Origin: Candidatus Poribacteria bacterium
GTDB taxonomy: Bacteria; Poribacteria; WGA-4E; WGA-3G
Assembly (NCBI GenBank): GCA_965205015.1
Contig: OZ242029.1
Location: 2,848,001-2,912,000, forward strand
Length of the DNA stretch: 64,000 nucleotides
Direction: 5' to 3'
Shown: in pieces, positions 19,815 through 29,435 of the stretch
Layout of the letters: every line of letters begins with the position of its first letter
Numbering within the stretch: position 1 is the first letter of the stretch
Position numbers and translations under genes: made by a program
The notes under the pieces: generated by a model
Databases searched by the model: none
The model's input: only the letters and a program-made list of their open reading frames with translations
What the model was told of the DNA's origin: nothing

Positions 19815-20468
19815 ATGAGAAATATCTTTGTTTTGACGGTACTCGCGCTGACTTTCATAGCGGGTTTCGCTTTTGCCACCGACTCATCGACTGTGCAAGG
19901 CGAATACATTGAAGCCCGTTCCGCGAGTGTCTATGTCGGGGCATGCCACTACGGTTCCGAATTCGTGGAAGGTGGCAGAGAGGCAACCGCCGTCTGGAAC
20001 ATCCAGAGTGGAACGTGGAACGATGTTTCACTGGAGAACCTAACCGTCGTCGCTGTTATTAGTGCGAAAAACAATTTGGCAATCGAGACCAAGACCCGTA
20101 AGAGCGTGTTATACATGGATCCGAGTACTACGACAGAACAGCGCGCCGCACTCAGCGACCTGCTCACGACGAAATATGCTGATGTTTTGGGTGAAGTCGT
20201 CGCAACCCAAACCACTTCCGTTGAATTTACGAAGGAAGGCACCAAATATGATGTAACCGTTGGTGAAGTTCTCAAACTTTCTGCCAACCGTTATCCGTGT
20301 GCCGGATGCACACAGCCCCATCAGATCTGGTACAAACCGCTGACAACGATTCAGAACGCCATTGTCGGTAAATCCGAAGTTTATCGTTATAAGGATGCTC
20401 ACCTCCCGGTGACATGGCAGCAAAGTGGCACAGAGAACAACGTCTTTGTCGGCACCTTCTCGCTTTAA
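19815..20468 (+). CDS. Secreted DUF1326-like protein
   Basis: Signal peptide; GEYIEARSASVYVGACH and CAGC motifs. Confidence 0.6.
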   Translation: MRNIFVLTVLALTFIAGFAFATDSSTVQGEYIEARSASVYVGACHYGSEFVEGGREATAVWNIQSGTWNDVSLENLTVVAVISAKNNLAIETKTRKSVLYMDPSTTTEQRAALSDLLTTKYADVLGEVVATQTTSVEFTKEGTKYDVTVGEVLKLSANRYPCAGCTQPHQIWYKPLTTIQNAIVGKSEVYRYKDAHLPVTWQQSGTENNVFVGTFSL

Positions 20469-20478
20469 GGCAGTGAAT

Positions 20479-20508
20479 GTCTGTAGTTACCTCTGGGTAG
20501 CTACAGAC
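20479..20508. terminator. Hairpin downstream of convergent genes
   Basis: GTCTGTAGTTACC-TCTG-GGTAGCTACAGAC, a 13-bp stem with one G-U pair; no clear U-tract. Confidence 0.4.
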
Positions 20509-20788
20509 CCCCCTTACAAACTCATCTTTCTCAGTCTCCCCTTGGGGTTGTCCTAAGATCTCCTTTTCACAAAAGATCATAGAAATCAGCACCGCCCTTA
20601 AATAGGGTGCTTTTGGTGCTGTATAGTTACCTGAGTTTCCACTTCTTATATAACTCTAAAATATACTAATAGCGTAACACATACACAACCCCATTTTCAA
20701 GGAGCTGAACAGAATCTTTCAAGGCATCGCACACCAAACACCGTTCAGTCGAGACATGCTGATCATTGATGAAAATTAGTAGACCAAT

Positions 20789-22615
20789 TCATTTTCCGAC
20801 TACATTCATATTTCCTCTCCACACCCCTTGCATCTCCTCGCACGTTTCCAAAAGCACTTCTAACGTTCCCTCCGCTTCTATTTTTCCGCCCTTGAGGACG
20901 ACAATATTATCGGCGTGCCGTAGGGCAATAGGACGATGTGACACGACAAGATACGTGCTTGTGGGTAAACTATTCGAAGTCGACTCGCGTCGTTCAAATA
21001 TCCGACGCCATAACTTCTGCTCTGTTTCCACATCAAGAGCACTGGAAAGATCGTCAAACACCAGTAATTCAGGCTCACGCACCAGCATCCGCGCCGCTGC
21101 TGTGCGCTGTAGTTGTCCACCGGAGAGTCTAACACCTCTGGGACCAATCACCGTATCCAATCCACTTTCAAATGTTTTGAGATCGTCCTCCATCACTCCT
21201 GCCCAGATCGCTGCAGGAAGATTGACGTTATCTTCCGATAGTCCCATCAGGATATTGTCTCGAAGGGTATCGCTGAAAAGTCGTGGGACTTGAGGAGTGT
21301 ATGCACAGCGTGGTGGTACGAGGAACGATGCCGTATCCACGATGGGTTTACCATTCCAGTAGACGTTTCCGGTGTCTCGAGGTAGATGCCCCAATAGTAC
21401 CTCCAAGAGCGTTGTTTTACCGGAACCGACGCGTCCGGTGATGACAGTAACGGTCCCGGCTTCCAGGCTGAGATTGATATTTTCAATCCCGCGTCCCGTA
21501 TCCCGGAAGTGATAGGTCAACCCTTCGACTTCAAGGCGGCTTAGATGATGACTTCTGTTTTTGACGATGAAGGGAACGCTTGGAAAGTTACCGCGTAGGT
21601 ATACCGGTCCAAGTCTGAGTAGCTTCTCTTGTGCATCATCGGTTGTCAGTTCAGAGAGTCGTTTCAGAGAAACATTGGCTTGTTTGAATGCTGCTAACAA
21701 ACGCCCCAGCCAATTGGCAAACCCTAACACCGAAACCTGCCCGAGTGCGATGTAATTAACGAACAGTGCGAAATCACCTACGGTAAAAACGCCACCTCTC
21801 ATCATCTCGCCAGCCAATATCAAACTTACGCCCATCGCTAAGTTGATTGTTGTCGAATTCATTGAAGATAGTAATTGGTTGAAAAGGTTCTCTTTGACAA
21901 CAGCCTTGCGTCTTACCTCGCTGAGACCATCAAAATGATGAACGGCATTTGCCTCGGTATTTGCCACCTTGATCGCTTGTGCTGCACCGAAGAGTTCACC
22001 GAGAAAGCCGGTGACACGACCTGTGGCTTCGCGGTTTATACGTCGATACGTTTGAATGCGCTGACCCAACCCGTTTGTCAGGGCTACAATTGCTATCATC
22101 GGTAGAAAGGCGAAAAGTGTAATGAAAGCATCGACACGCAATAGCACAACCAACGCAATAAGAGCAGATAGTGCGTGTCCGCTTAATTCAATAACGATTG
22201 TGATTGGGGCGACTGCCCCTTGTGTATCATCGTCAAAACGATTGATTATCTCGCCGGGATTTTGCCCAGAATAGATCTCTGCGTCTTGCAGGAGGGATTT
22301 GAACAAATTCCTGCGAATTAGTGTTTGAAGTTTACCTTCAAAGTAGGCATAGGTTGCAGCATAGCTCTGTTCAAATATTTGGATAGTCAACCGTGTGACC
22401 AAGAAGAGGATCACCAAGGTCCACAGATCAAAACGGACAGGTGTTTCACCTGTCAAGGCGTTAAAGAACTCACGTAGGATTACCCCAATGAGAAGTGGTA
22501 GACCATAATAAGCCAAGGAAAAGATGAAACTTAGACCATACAACAACGGGCTAAAGCGTATCAGTCGCCAGAAATAGTGTCGTTTCTTTTTATTGTTCAG
22601 AGATAGTGTTTTCAC
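20789..22615 (-). CDS. ABC exporter, fused permease/ATPase (heterodimer subunit 2)
   Basis: Multi-TM N-terminus, GRVGSGKT, LSGGQLQR, FDDLSSALD. Confidence 0.92.
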   Translation of the reverse strand: MKTLSLNNKKKRHYFWRLIRFSPLLYGLSFIFSLAYYGLPLLIGVILREFFNALTGETPVRFDLWTLVILFLVTRLTIQIFEQSYAATYAYFEGKLQTLIRRNLFKSLLQDAEIYSGQNPGEIINRFDDDTQGAVAPITIVIELSGHALSALIALVVLLRVDAFITLFAFLPMIAIVALTNGLGQRIQTYRRINREATGRVTGFLGELFGAAQAIKVANTEANAVHHFDGLSEVRRKAVVKENLFNQLLSSMNSTTINLAMGVSLILAGEMMRGGVFTVGDFALFVNYIALGQVSVLGFANWLGRLLAAFKQANVSLKRLSELTTDDAQEKLLRLGPVYLRGNFPSVPFIVKNRSHHLSRLEVEGLTYHFRDTGRGIENINLSLEAGTVTVITGRVGSGKTTLLEVLLGHLPRDTGNVYWNGKPIVDTASFLVPPRCAYTPQVPRLFSDTLRDNILMGLSEDNVNLPAAIWAGVMEDDLKTFESGLDTVIGPRGVRLSGGQLQRTAAARMLVREPELLVFDDLSSALDVETEQKLWRRIFERRESTSNSLPTSTYLVVSHRPIALRHADNIVVLKGGKIEAEGTLEVLLETCEEMQGVWRGNMNVVGK

Positions 22616-24357
22616 GCCAGAAACTCCTCTAATCCCGTTTGCAAGAGACCGAAAAGAATGGAATTGGGATTCGCTGCCAAATTTTCATATTCTCCATATT
22701 CTCTGATGCGTCCTTCTTCGAGAATCATAATTTCGTCTGCTCGCTGCACAGTCGAAAGGCGATGGGCAATTATAATTGCAGTCCGATTTCTCAGGAGTGT
22801 GTCTATTGCTCGTTCAAGGTGTCTTTCAGTGGCAGGATCCAGACGGGATGAGGCTTCATCCAGGATTATCAATCTGGGATTCCTGAGGAAAACTCGCGTG
22901 AATGCCAACAGCTGCGCTTCGCCAGCGGAAACTCCACCCCCACCTGAAGGAAGTTCTGTATCAAGTCCATCAGGCAGCATATCGTACCAAGCACCTAATC
23001 CCAAGGCTTGGAGCCCCGCAAGGACTTGCTCATCCTCAATTGTTCGATCAAACAAGGTTAAGTTATCTCGAACAGATGCCTGAAAGAGTTGGACATCTTG
23101 TGTGACGATACCGATGTGCCGACGAAGGTCAGACAGTTGTAGGTTACTTATGTCTGTGCCGCCTAAGTAAATCGTGCCATCATTGGGATCGTAGAGCCGA
23201 AACAGGAGACGAGAAAGCGTGGTTTTTCCGCTCCCGGTGCGTCCGAGCAGCCCGAGAACTTTACCCGGACTCAGATGAAATGACAGGTTTTTCAGAATTG
23301 GTTGTTCTGGCTGGTAGGAAAAGGAAATATTTTGGCATTCAACTGACAATGCCCCTGGAGGAAGAACCGCTCCTGGACCATCTTGGATTTTGGGTTTGGT
23401 TTGCATAAGTTCCCTAACACGCCTGATGCTAACCTTAACCATTTGGAAGTCCTCTATCTGGCGTTGAATCCTATTCAGCGGAGCATGCAACATCTGGAGA
23501 TAATGGAGAACGAGATAGACTGTCCCGATAGTAATAACGTTGACTTGGAATAGGTATGCGCTAAGCCCCATCACACTCGTGAAACCGATAGCAAATACAA
23601 TGTTTGATATAGTCCATCCTATATCGGTGATAATGTCGGCTTTGAACTTTGATAGGACTGTTCGTCTCATGACCTCATGAAAACGGCGCATCACGTAAGC
23701 GATTGCGCCATTAGCCCGAATGTCTCGGAGTCCGGAAAGACGTTCCTCAAGAAAACTCGACAGATCGGCACTCGCCTGTCTCTCAGCGTCCCAGTAAGGC
23801 TCAGAGATGAGCTGAGAGCGAATGTGAACCATCAAATAGACCGTCACAAGGACTGCGAGAATCGCACTCAGTCGCCAGTCTTCGTAAAAGAGGACAATCA
23901 ATGTGCCGACTGACAACAGAACGCCGCCCAATATCTCCATTACAAATTGCGAGAAAAAGTTGGCAAGCCTATCTACATCGCCGTCAACGCGTTCAATCAA
24001 TTCGCCGGGTGTATGGGTGCTATGGAAAGAAATATCTAATCCTAAGATATGAAGGGTCAAATTTGCCCGTAGGCGGTTGGTTGCCCGCCAACTCACATCA
24101 CTGCTGACGTATACTGAAAGGGCAGATACAGCCTGATGAATCAATCCCACACCAATGAAAAGCAGTCCAGCTTGGATCAATTTCTGGAGTGCCTCGGTTG
24201 ATCTCGCAGTATCAATGAAATGACGCACAATTAGCGGGTTGATGAGTTGTAGACCGATGCTGCTAAACAAAAGCAGGGTTATCAGCAAAACTCTTGGCCA
24301 CTGCGGTTTTAGGTAGTCAATAAGTAAGCCCCAATATTGGCTGTGTGGTATTTTCAT
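22612..24357 (-). CDS. ABC exporter, fused permease/ATPase (heterodimer subunit 1)
   Basis: Multi-TM N-terminus, GRTGSGKT, VSAGEAQ, LDEASSRLD; 4-bp overlap with the partner gene. Confidence 0.92.
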   Translation of the reverse strand: MKIPHSQYWGLLIDYLKPQWPRVLLITLLLFSSIGLQLINPLIVRHFIDTARSTEALQKLIQAGLLFIGVGLIHQAVSALSVYVSSDVSWRATNRLRANLTLHILGLDISFHSTHTPGELIERVDGDVDRLANFFSQFVMEILGGVLLSVGTLIVLFYEDWRLSAILAVLVTVYLMVHIRSQLISEPYWDAERQASADLSSFLEERLSGLRDIRANGAIAYVMRRFHEVMRRTVLSKFKADIITDIGWTISNIVFAIGFTSVMGLSAYLFQVNVITIGTVYLVLHYLQMLHAPLNRIQRQIEDFQMVKVSIRRVRELMQTKPKIQDGPGAVLPPGALSVECQNISFSYQPEQPILKNLSFHLSPGKVLGLLGRTGSGKTTLSRLLFRLYDPNDGTIYLGGTDISNLQLSDLRRHIGIVTQDVQLFQASVRDNLTLFDRTIEDEQVLAGLQALGLGAWYDMLPDGLDTELPSGGGGVSAGEAQLLAFTRVFLRNPRLIILDEASSRLDPATERHLERAIDTLLRNRTAIIIAHRLSTVQRADEIMILEEGRIREYGEYENLAANPNSILFGLLQTGLEEFLA

Positions 24358-24768
24358 ATGTTATATCTAATGAAGTAGTAACCCGTCCTTTTGTTTTCCG
24401 GAGTTTTTCATATCTGGGTTCTCGCGGCACACACTAATACAGAACGCATCCTCATTGTATATAACCCTAACTTCAGTGTTTAATTCAGCAGAATGTGTGA
24501 TACTTTTCTTTGCTCATAACAAGTTGGGCGCACTTTCGCGCGTTTCCAGACCGGTGCGAAAGCCTGCTTAGCACACTACCTACATAGAGACGTTACCAGG
24601 GAAGAAATTGTTTGGATACATAGAGTATTCTATTGTATAATAAGTGGTGTCTACCGAGTATATAACGCAACCGACAATCAAGAAAACTATAGACATGTGG
24701 GTGCATATAATGAATAGACAACTAAAGGGAAAATATAGAAGAAAACACGTATATTATAAGGAGAATGA

Positions 24769-25620
24769 ATGGACACAAAGACAACACCCGAAAAACGGAA
24801 ATTTAAATTGACTTCTGAAGAACGATCCGCTTGGGAAGAGAAAGGATACTTCATCCGCTATAACGTTTTTACAAAAAAAGAAAACGACTTTTTAGCGCAA
24901 ATCGCGGATGACATTGCTCTCGGAAAACGCTCCTTCCCGGACTATCATATCTTTCAAAACGCTTTAGTCAGAGACGGTAAAATCGAAGCACAAGGCATCT
25001 ATGCGATGCACAATATCCAATATGTGAGTTGTAATTGTTCAGAATTCCTCACACGCACCCGTGATCCGCGCCTCACTGATCCCGTTGTTGACATACTCGG
25101 ACCAGATCTCCTCGGTCTCAACAATCTTTACATTTGGAAACCGCCAAAAATCGGTCTCGGCTTTCCATGGCACCAGGATAAATGGTATTTTAACCATCAG
25201 TATAAAACCGGAACGACAGTCGCAACATGGACTGCGATGGATGCATCAGATGAAAGCAACGGGTGTTTATACGTTATCCCCGGTAGCCACAAGTGTGGCG
25301 TTCGTGCGCACATTGAGCTTGAAGGTTCACAACAAGGAGAGTTTAAACAGGCAGAAGGGGCTCGTGATGAAGATGGTGTTGCGGTAGAAGTCCCTGCTGG
25401 AGCGGTCATCTATTTTAACAGCCAAGTCCTCCATAAAAGCACGGATAACCACAGTGAGCGTTTCAGACGCGCAAACATCGCACATTATATCAGTGCCAAA
25501 GCAGAATGGACACGTCCGGAGGCTGTGAATAAAAAACGACCTCCCATGTGGATTCGTGGTGAAACCTATCCCGGTATGGCAGCTGAAGTTCAATGGGACG
25601 TTATACCAATTTTAGAATAG
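24769..25620 (+). CDS. PhyH-family Fe(II)/2-oxoglutarate dioxygenase
   Basis: WHQD...GCLYVIPGSH...LHKS...R (HxD...H triad). Confidence 0.9.
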   Translation: MDTKTTPEKRKFKLTSEERSAWEEKGYFIRYNVFTKKENDFLAQIADDIALGKRSFPDYHIFQNALVRDGKIEAQGIYAMHNIQYVSCNCSEFLTRTRDPRLTDPVVDILGPDLLGLNNLYIWKPPKIGLGFPWHQDKWYFNHQYKTGTTVATWTAMDASDESNGCLYVIPGSHKCGVRAHIELEGSQQGEFKQAEGARDEDGVAVEVPAGAVIYFNSQVLHKSTDNHSERFRRANIAHYISAKAEWTRPEAVNKKRPPMWIRGETYPGMAAEVQWDVIPILE

Positions 25621-25668
25621 TACATCGTAATGGATCATGCCATATAGAAGTTATGGAAAAGAGCATTT

Positions 25669-26526
25669 ATGGACAGAAATACGACCCTCCAAGAACGCAA
25701 GTTTAGACTGACACCTGAAGAACGATTTTCTTGGGACGAAAACGGATACTTTGTCCGATTCAACGTTTTCACCAAAGCGGAAAACGACGTGCTACGTCAA
25801 ATCGCGGACGACATTGCCGTGGGAAAACGACCTTTCCCAAGAGGGAATATCGATCAAAACGCATTGGTCAGGGACGAAAAAGTTGAAGCCTCTGGTATCC
25901 ACGCGATGCACAAAATCCATCATGTGAGCTGTTATTGTCCTGAATTCCTTGACCGTGTCCGTGACCCGCGTCTCACAGATCCAATTGTTGAGCTACTCGG
26001 TCCAGATATTCTCGGTCTCAATAATCTGTATATCTGGAAAGCACCCAAGATTGGTTTAGGGTTCCCGTGGCATCAAGATAAATGGTATTTTAACCACCAG
26101 TATAAAACTGAGATGACAGTCGGAACGTGGACGGCGATTGATGCGGCAGATATAGATAATGGGTGTCTCTACGTTATCCCGGGTAGCCACAAATATGGCA
26201 TTCTTAAACATGAGGACTTGGAAGGTTCACAACAGAATGAGTTTAAAATAGCACGCGATGCCAAGGACGAAGATGGGGTCGCCGTTGAAGTGCCGCCTGG
26301 AGCCGTTGTTTGGTTCAACAACCAACTCCTCCATAAAAGCACGGATAACCACAGTTTACGGTTTCGACGGTGTAATGTGGCACATTATATCAGTACAAAT
26401 GCGGAACGTATCCCTAAAAAAGATGGCAAAAATATCCGTCCTGTCATGTGGGTTCGCGGTGATACATACTCAGAGAAGATGGAACCCGTCTATCGGGATG
26501 TTTTACCCATCCCAGAATCCGATTGA
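25669..26526 (+). CDS. PhyH-family Fe(II)/2OG dioxygenase, tandem paralog
   Basis: Same motifs; long identical stretches with the upstream gene (KIGLGFPWHQDKWYFNHQYKT). Confidence 0.9.
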   Translation: MDRNTTLQERKFRLTPEERFSWDENGYFVRFNVFTKAENDVLRQIADDIAVGKRPFPRGNIDQNALVRDEKVEASGIHAMHKIHHVSCYCPEFLDRVRDPRLTDPIVELLGPDILGLNNLYIWKAPKIGLGFPWHQDKWYFNHQYKTEMTVGTWTAIDAADIDNGCLYVIPGSHKYGILKHEDLEGSQQNEFKIARDAKDEDGVAVEVPPGAVVWFNNQLLHKSTDNHSLRFRRCNVAHYISTNAERIPKKDGKNIRPVMWVRGDTYSEKMEPVYRDVLPIPESD

Positions 26527-26586
26527 AAAAACAGAGTTTGTGTGCTATACTGACAAACAATAGGATTATTCGCAAGGAAGAGGGTT

Positions 26587-27372
26587 ATGTCTTACCTTAA
26601 TTTCGAACGCCACCGAGATTGGAAAACGAACGGTTATCTGCGGATTCCCGCCTTCTTCTCCACCGAAGAGGTGAACGATCTACAGGCATGGGTCTCTGAA
26701 ATCTCAGGCTGGGAACCGACGCCGGACAAGTGGATGCATCACTACGAATCCACGCCAGCCGGACCGCGGCTCTCCCGTTCGGAAAATTTCGTGCCGTATC
26801 ACATCGGTATGAAAACCACCGTGACACGTGGCAAAGTGTTAGATGTCGTTTCCGAGTTAATGGAGGAACCTGCTGTCCTCTACAAAGAGAAAATCAATTA
26901 CAAGTACCCCGGTGGCGGTGGTTACGCAGCGCACCAAGATGCCCCCGCTTATGAGTTCATCAAATTCCATATCACCTGTTTAATTTCTGTTGATGCAGCG
27001 ACTCCTGAAAGCGGATGCCTCTATTTCGCGCCCGGTAGGCACAACGAAGGATTCATCGCGTTGGACGAGAAGGGGTGCGTCGCCCCTGAAACCGCTGCAA
27101 CGATGGCGTGGGTCGCTGTGCCGACGGAGCCGGGAGACATTCTTCTCTTCGGCTCTTACATTCCACATAAGAGTCCGAGCAACCGCGCGGATCGACCGAG
27201 ACGCATTATCTATCTCACCTATAATGCCAGTTCCCAAGGCGACTGGCGCGAACAGTATTACGCAGACAAACGGCAGGCTTTCTCGCAGTACGCAGCCGAT
27301 GGCTCAAACCGAGACAAACAAATTAGTAAGATCGCACATTTTCAAGGGAAATCCGTGAATCATGACTTATGA
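26587..27372 (+). CDS. PhnY-like phosphonate alpha-hydroxylase (PhyH fold)
   Basis: KEKINYKYPGGGGYAAHQD, HKSPSN, RRIIYLTYN and YYADKR motifs; overlaps a phnZ-like gene. Confidence 0.7.
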   Translation: MSYLNFERHRDWKTNGYLRIPAFFSTEEVNDLQAWVSEISGWEPTPDKWMHHYESTPAGPRLSRSENFVPYHIGMKTTVTRGKVLDVVSELMEEPAVLYKEKINYKYPGGGGYAAHQDAPAYEFIKFHITCLISVDAATPESGCLYFAPGRHNEGFIALDEKGCVAPETAATMAWVAVPTEPGDILLFGSYIPHKSPSNRADRPRRIIYLTYNASSQGDWREQYYADKRQAFSQYAADGSNRDKQISKIAHFQGKSVNHDL

Positions 27373-28000
27373 TAGAAAATTTCAGCTTTCGAGCGACATT
27401 GAAAAGTACATTGATCCAAGTCTGGCGCAGGAAATGAAAAGCGGAACAGCAGAACAAAAGGTTGTCGCTCTGTTTCGTTATATGGAAAAACGTGGGCAGT
27501 CGTTCTACGATGAAGTCGTGACACAACTGGAGCACGCCCTCCAATGTGCTGCCCTTGCACAGCAGAACGGCGCAAGTGCCACGCTGATTACAGGCGCATT
27601 ACTCCACGACGTCGGACATATCATTTTAGATGAACACAATGCCGATAGAGCGTTCCTTGATACCGACCTGACGCACGAAGAGGTCGGCGCGCAGTATATG
27701 GAACCCTTTTTCCCAGAAGCCGTTACAACGCCGATCCGATTGCATGTTCCCGCAAAAAGGTATCTCTGTACAACGGATGCCTCTTACCATGACGGACTAT
27801 CCGAAGCATCAAAAAGGAGTTTCATAGTTCAGGGAGGGGTCATGTCCGACGAGGAGCGAAACGCTTTTGAACGGATCCCTCATTTTCAGGACGCGCTCAC
27901 TTTACGGCGATGGGACGATCTCGCAAAGGTGAAAGGGTTGGAGACTGCTGAATTAGAAACCTACCGAGACATCGTCCAGCAGTGCTTGAGGGACGGATAA
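27362..28000 (+). CDS. PhnZ-like HD-domain diiron oxygenase (C-P bond cleavage)
   Basis: YDEVVTQLEHALQ, LLHDVGH, HEEVGA, LHVPAKRY, QGG and RRWDD motifs. Confidence 0.8.
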   Translation: MTYDRKFQLSSDIEKYIDPSLAQEMKSGTAEQKVVALFRYMEKRGQSFYDEVVTQLEHALQCAALAQQNGASATLITGALLHDVGHIILDEHNADRAFLDTDLTHEEVGAQYMEPFFPEAVTTPIRLHVPAKRYLCTTDASYHDGLSEASKRSFIVQGGVMSDEERNAFERIPHFQDALTLRRWDDLAKVKGLETAELETYRDIVQQCLRDG

Positions 28001-28063
28001 AAACCGCTCTAAAAATTTGCATTGTAGAGACCTACAAGCCAAGTCTAACATGGAGATATAATA

Positions 28064-28354
28064 ATGGCTGTAAAAGATCCCAATGTTCCGCTACCTCGTC
28101 CTTATGTAGACGCATACTGGGAACTGGTACGTAGATGCTTGACAGACTTTTTTTCTGAACCGACAGATGAGGCGGATGCCTTACAGCAGCAGATTGAAAA
28201 CTTGCCCTATGCCCGACAAGATGTTTTTTATCATGGGGATCCTTTGGATCTTGCAGCAGGACTTGCGGGCAAACAGGCAACCGAAAGTCAACACGCTCAG
28301 TTCCTACAAATGGTGAGAGCATATCGTCTTCCTGGATTTGGATGGTTAGATTGA
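28064..28354 (+). CDS. Hypothetical protein (96 aa)
   Basis: GGAG SD; ATGA-coupled to the downstream hydrolase; no recognised motif. Confidence 0.6.
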   Translation: MAVKDPNVPLPRPYVDAYWELVRRCLTDFFSEPTDEADALQQQIENLPYARQDVFYHGDPLDLAAGLAGKQATESQHAQFLQMVRAYRLPGFGWLD

Positions 28355-29034
28355 TGAGTTACGAAACAATTGAATCAAAATTTACTGCAACACCAGAGAA
28401 AGGCGAGGTGTCCTCAATACTCATACGTCCGGACAACGCCAAATGGTTGCTCGTTCTGGGACATGGTGCAGGCACAAATATGCGCCACTCAACACTCCAG
28501 ACGATTGCCGAACGATTAGCAGATATAGGAATTGCTACCTTCCGTTATCAGTTTCCTTACATGGAGCGCGGCGGCGGTGGGAGAGAAGCGCAAGCCGTGG
28601 CACTGGCAACTGTGCGATCCGCGGTCGCAGCTGCACACGAGGCTGCGGGGGATGTCTCAATTCTCGTTGGTGGGCATTCTTATAGCGGACGTATGTCGTC
28701 GCTCACGGCGGCAGAAGCACCGATCGAACATGTCCGCGGTCTCGTATTCTTCGCGTTTCCATTGCATCCTTCTGGAAAGGAAGGAACAGAACGTGCCGAG
28801 CACCTTGCTGATGTTACTGTGCCAATGCTATTTTTATCTGGCACCCGCGATAAGTTAGCGGTCCTCGACCTATTGGAACCGGTTTGCGAAAACCTCGGGG
28901 ACAAGGCGACTTTGCATCTATTGGATACGGCAGATCACGGGTTCAAAGTGCTTAAACGTTCGCGTAAATCTGATGAGGATGTCTTTGTAGAGATGGCACG
29001 AGTCCTCAGTGAATGGATTGAAACACTGGATTGA
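28354..29034 (+). CDS. Alpha/beta hydrolase (KANL3-like)
   Basis: HGAG, GGHSYSGR nucleophile elbow, FPLHP, GTRD, ADHGF. Confidence 0.88.
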   Translation: MSYETIESKFTATPEKGEVSSILIRPDNAKWLLVLGHGAGTNMRHSTLQTIAERLADIGIATFRYQFPYMERGGGGREAQAVALATVRSAVAAAHEAAGDVSILVGGHSYSGRMSSLTAAEAPIEHVRGLVFFAFPLHPSGKEGTERAEHLADVTVPMLFLSGTRDKLAVLDLLEPVCENLGDKATLHLLDTADHGFKVLKRSRKSDEDVFVEMARVLSEWIETLD

Positions 29035-29060
29035 AACCTCTGTAATTGGCCTCCCAAACC

Positions 29061-29088
29061 CGGTAGGTGCGGTTTCTAACCGCACCGG
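29061..29088 (+). repeat. GTAG-footed REP-like hairpin
   Basis: CGGTAGGTGCGGTTTCTAACCGCACCGG. Confidence 0.6.
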
Positions 29089-29205
29089 ATTCCTTCCAAA
29101 CACCATCCCCCACTTCCCAGTCTTGTCAAGGCAGCATCCGATAACTAATAGGGGCTGTTTCCCAACCTCGTTGGTTCTCTATCTCAATCACACTCTCTAT
29201 CTCTT

Positions 29206-29275
29206 GTAGGAGGGAACTCCGATTCCCGACTTTGATTTCCTCAAACCAATAGGAAACCGAAAGCTAAATAGTCCT
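29206..29275 (+). repeat. REP/MITE-like element related to 15425-15525
   Basis: GTAGGAGGGAACTCCGATTCCCGACTTT plus 3' arm ACCAATAGGAAACCGAAAGCTAAATAGTCCT. Confidence 0.6.
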
Positions 29276-29294
29276 AATTTGTTTGATTTCCTTC

Positions 29295-29323
29295 TTGATT
29301 CTCCTCGCGAGATGTGTTACACT
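29295..29323 (+). promoter_or_regulatory. Putative promoter of the defence operon
   Basis: TTGATT-17 nt-TACACT with extended TG. Confidence 0.45.
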
Positions 29324-29435
29324 TTAACCAATCAATCGAGGCACATGGACGATTGAAAAAGCCTACCGTTCACAGCAGAATGCTGCGTAATCAACCTTTA
29401 ATTTAACCATCTTTCAGCGTTAGGTTCAAAGGAAA

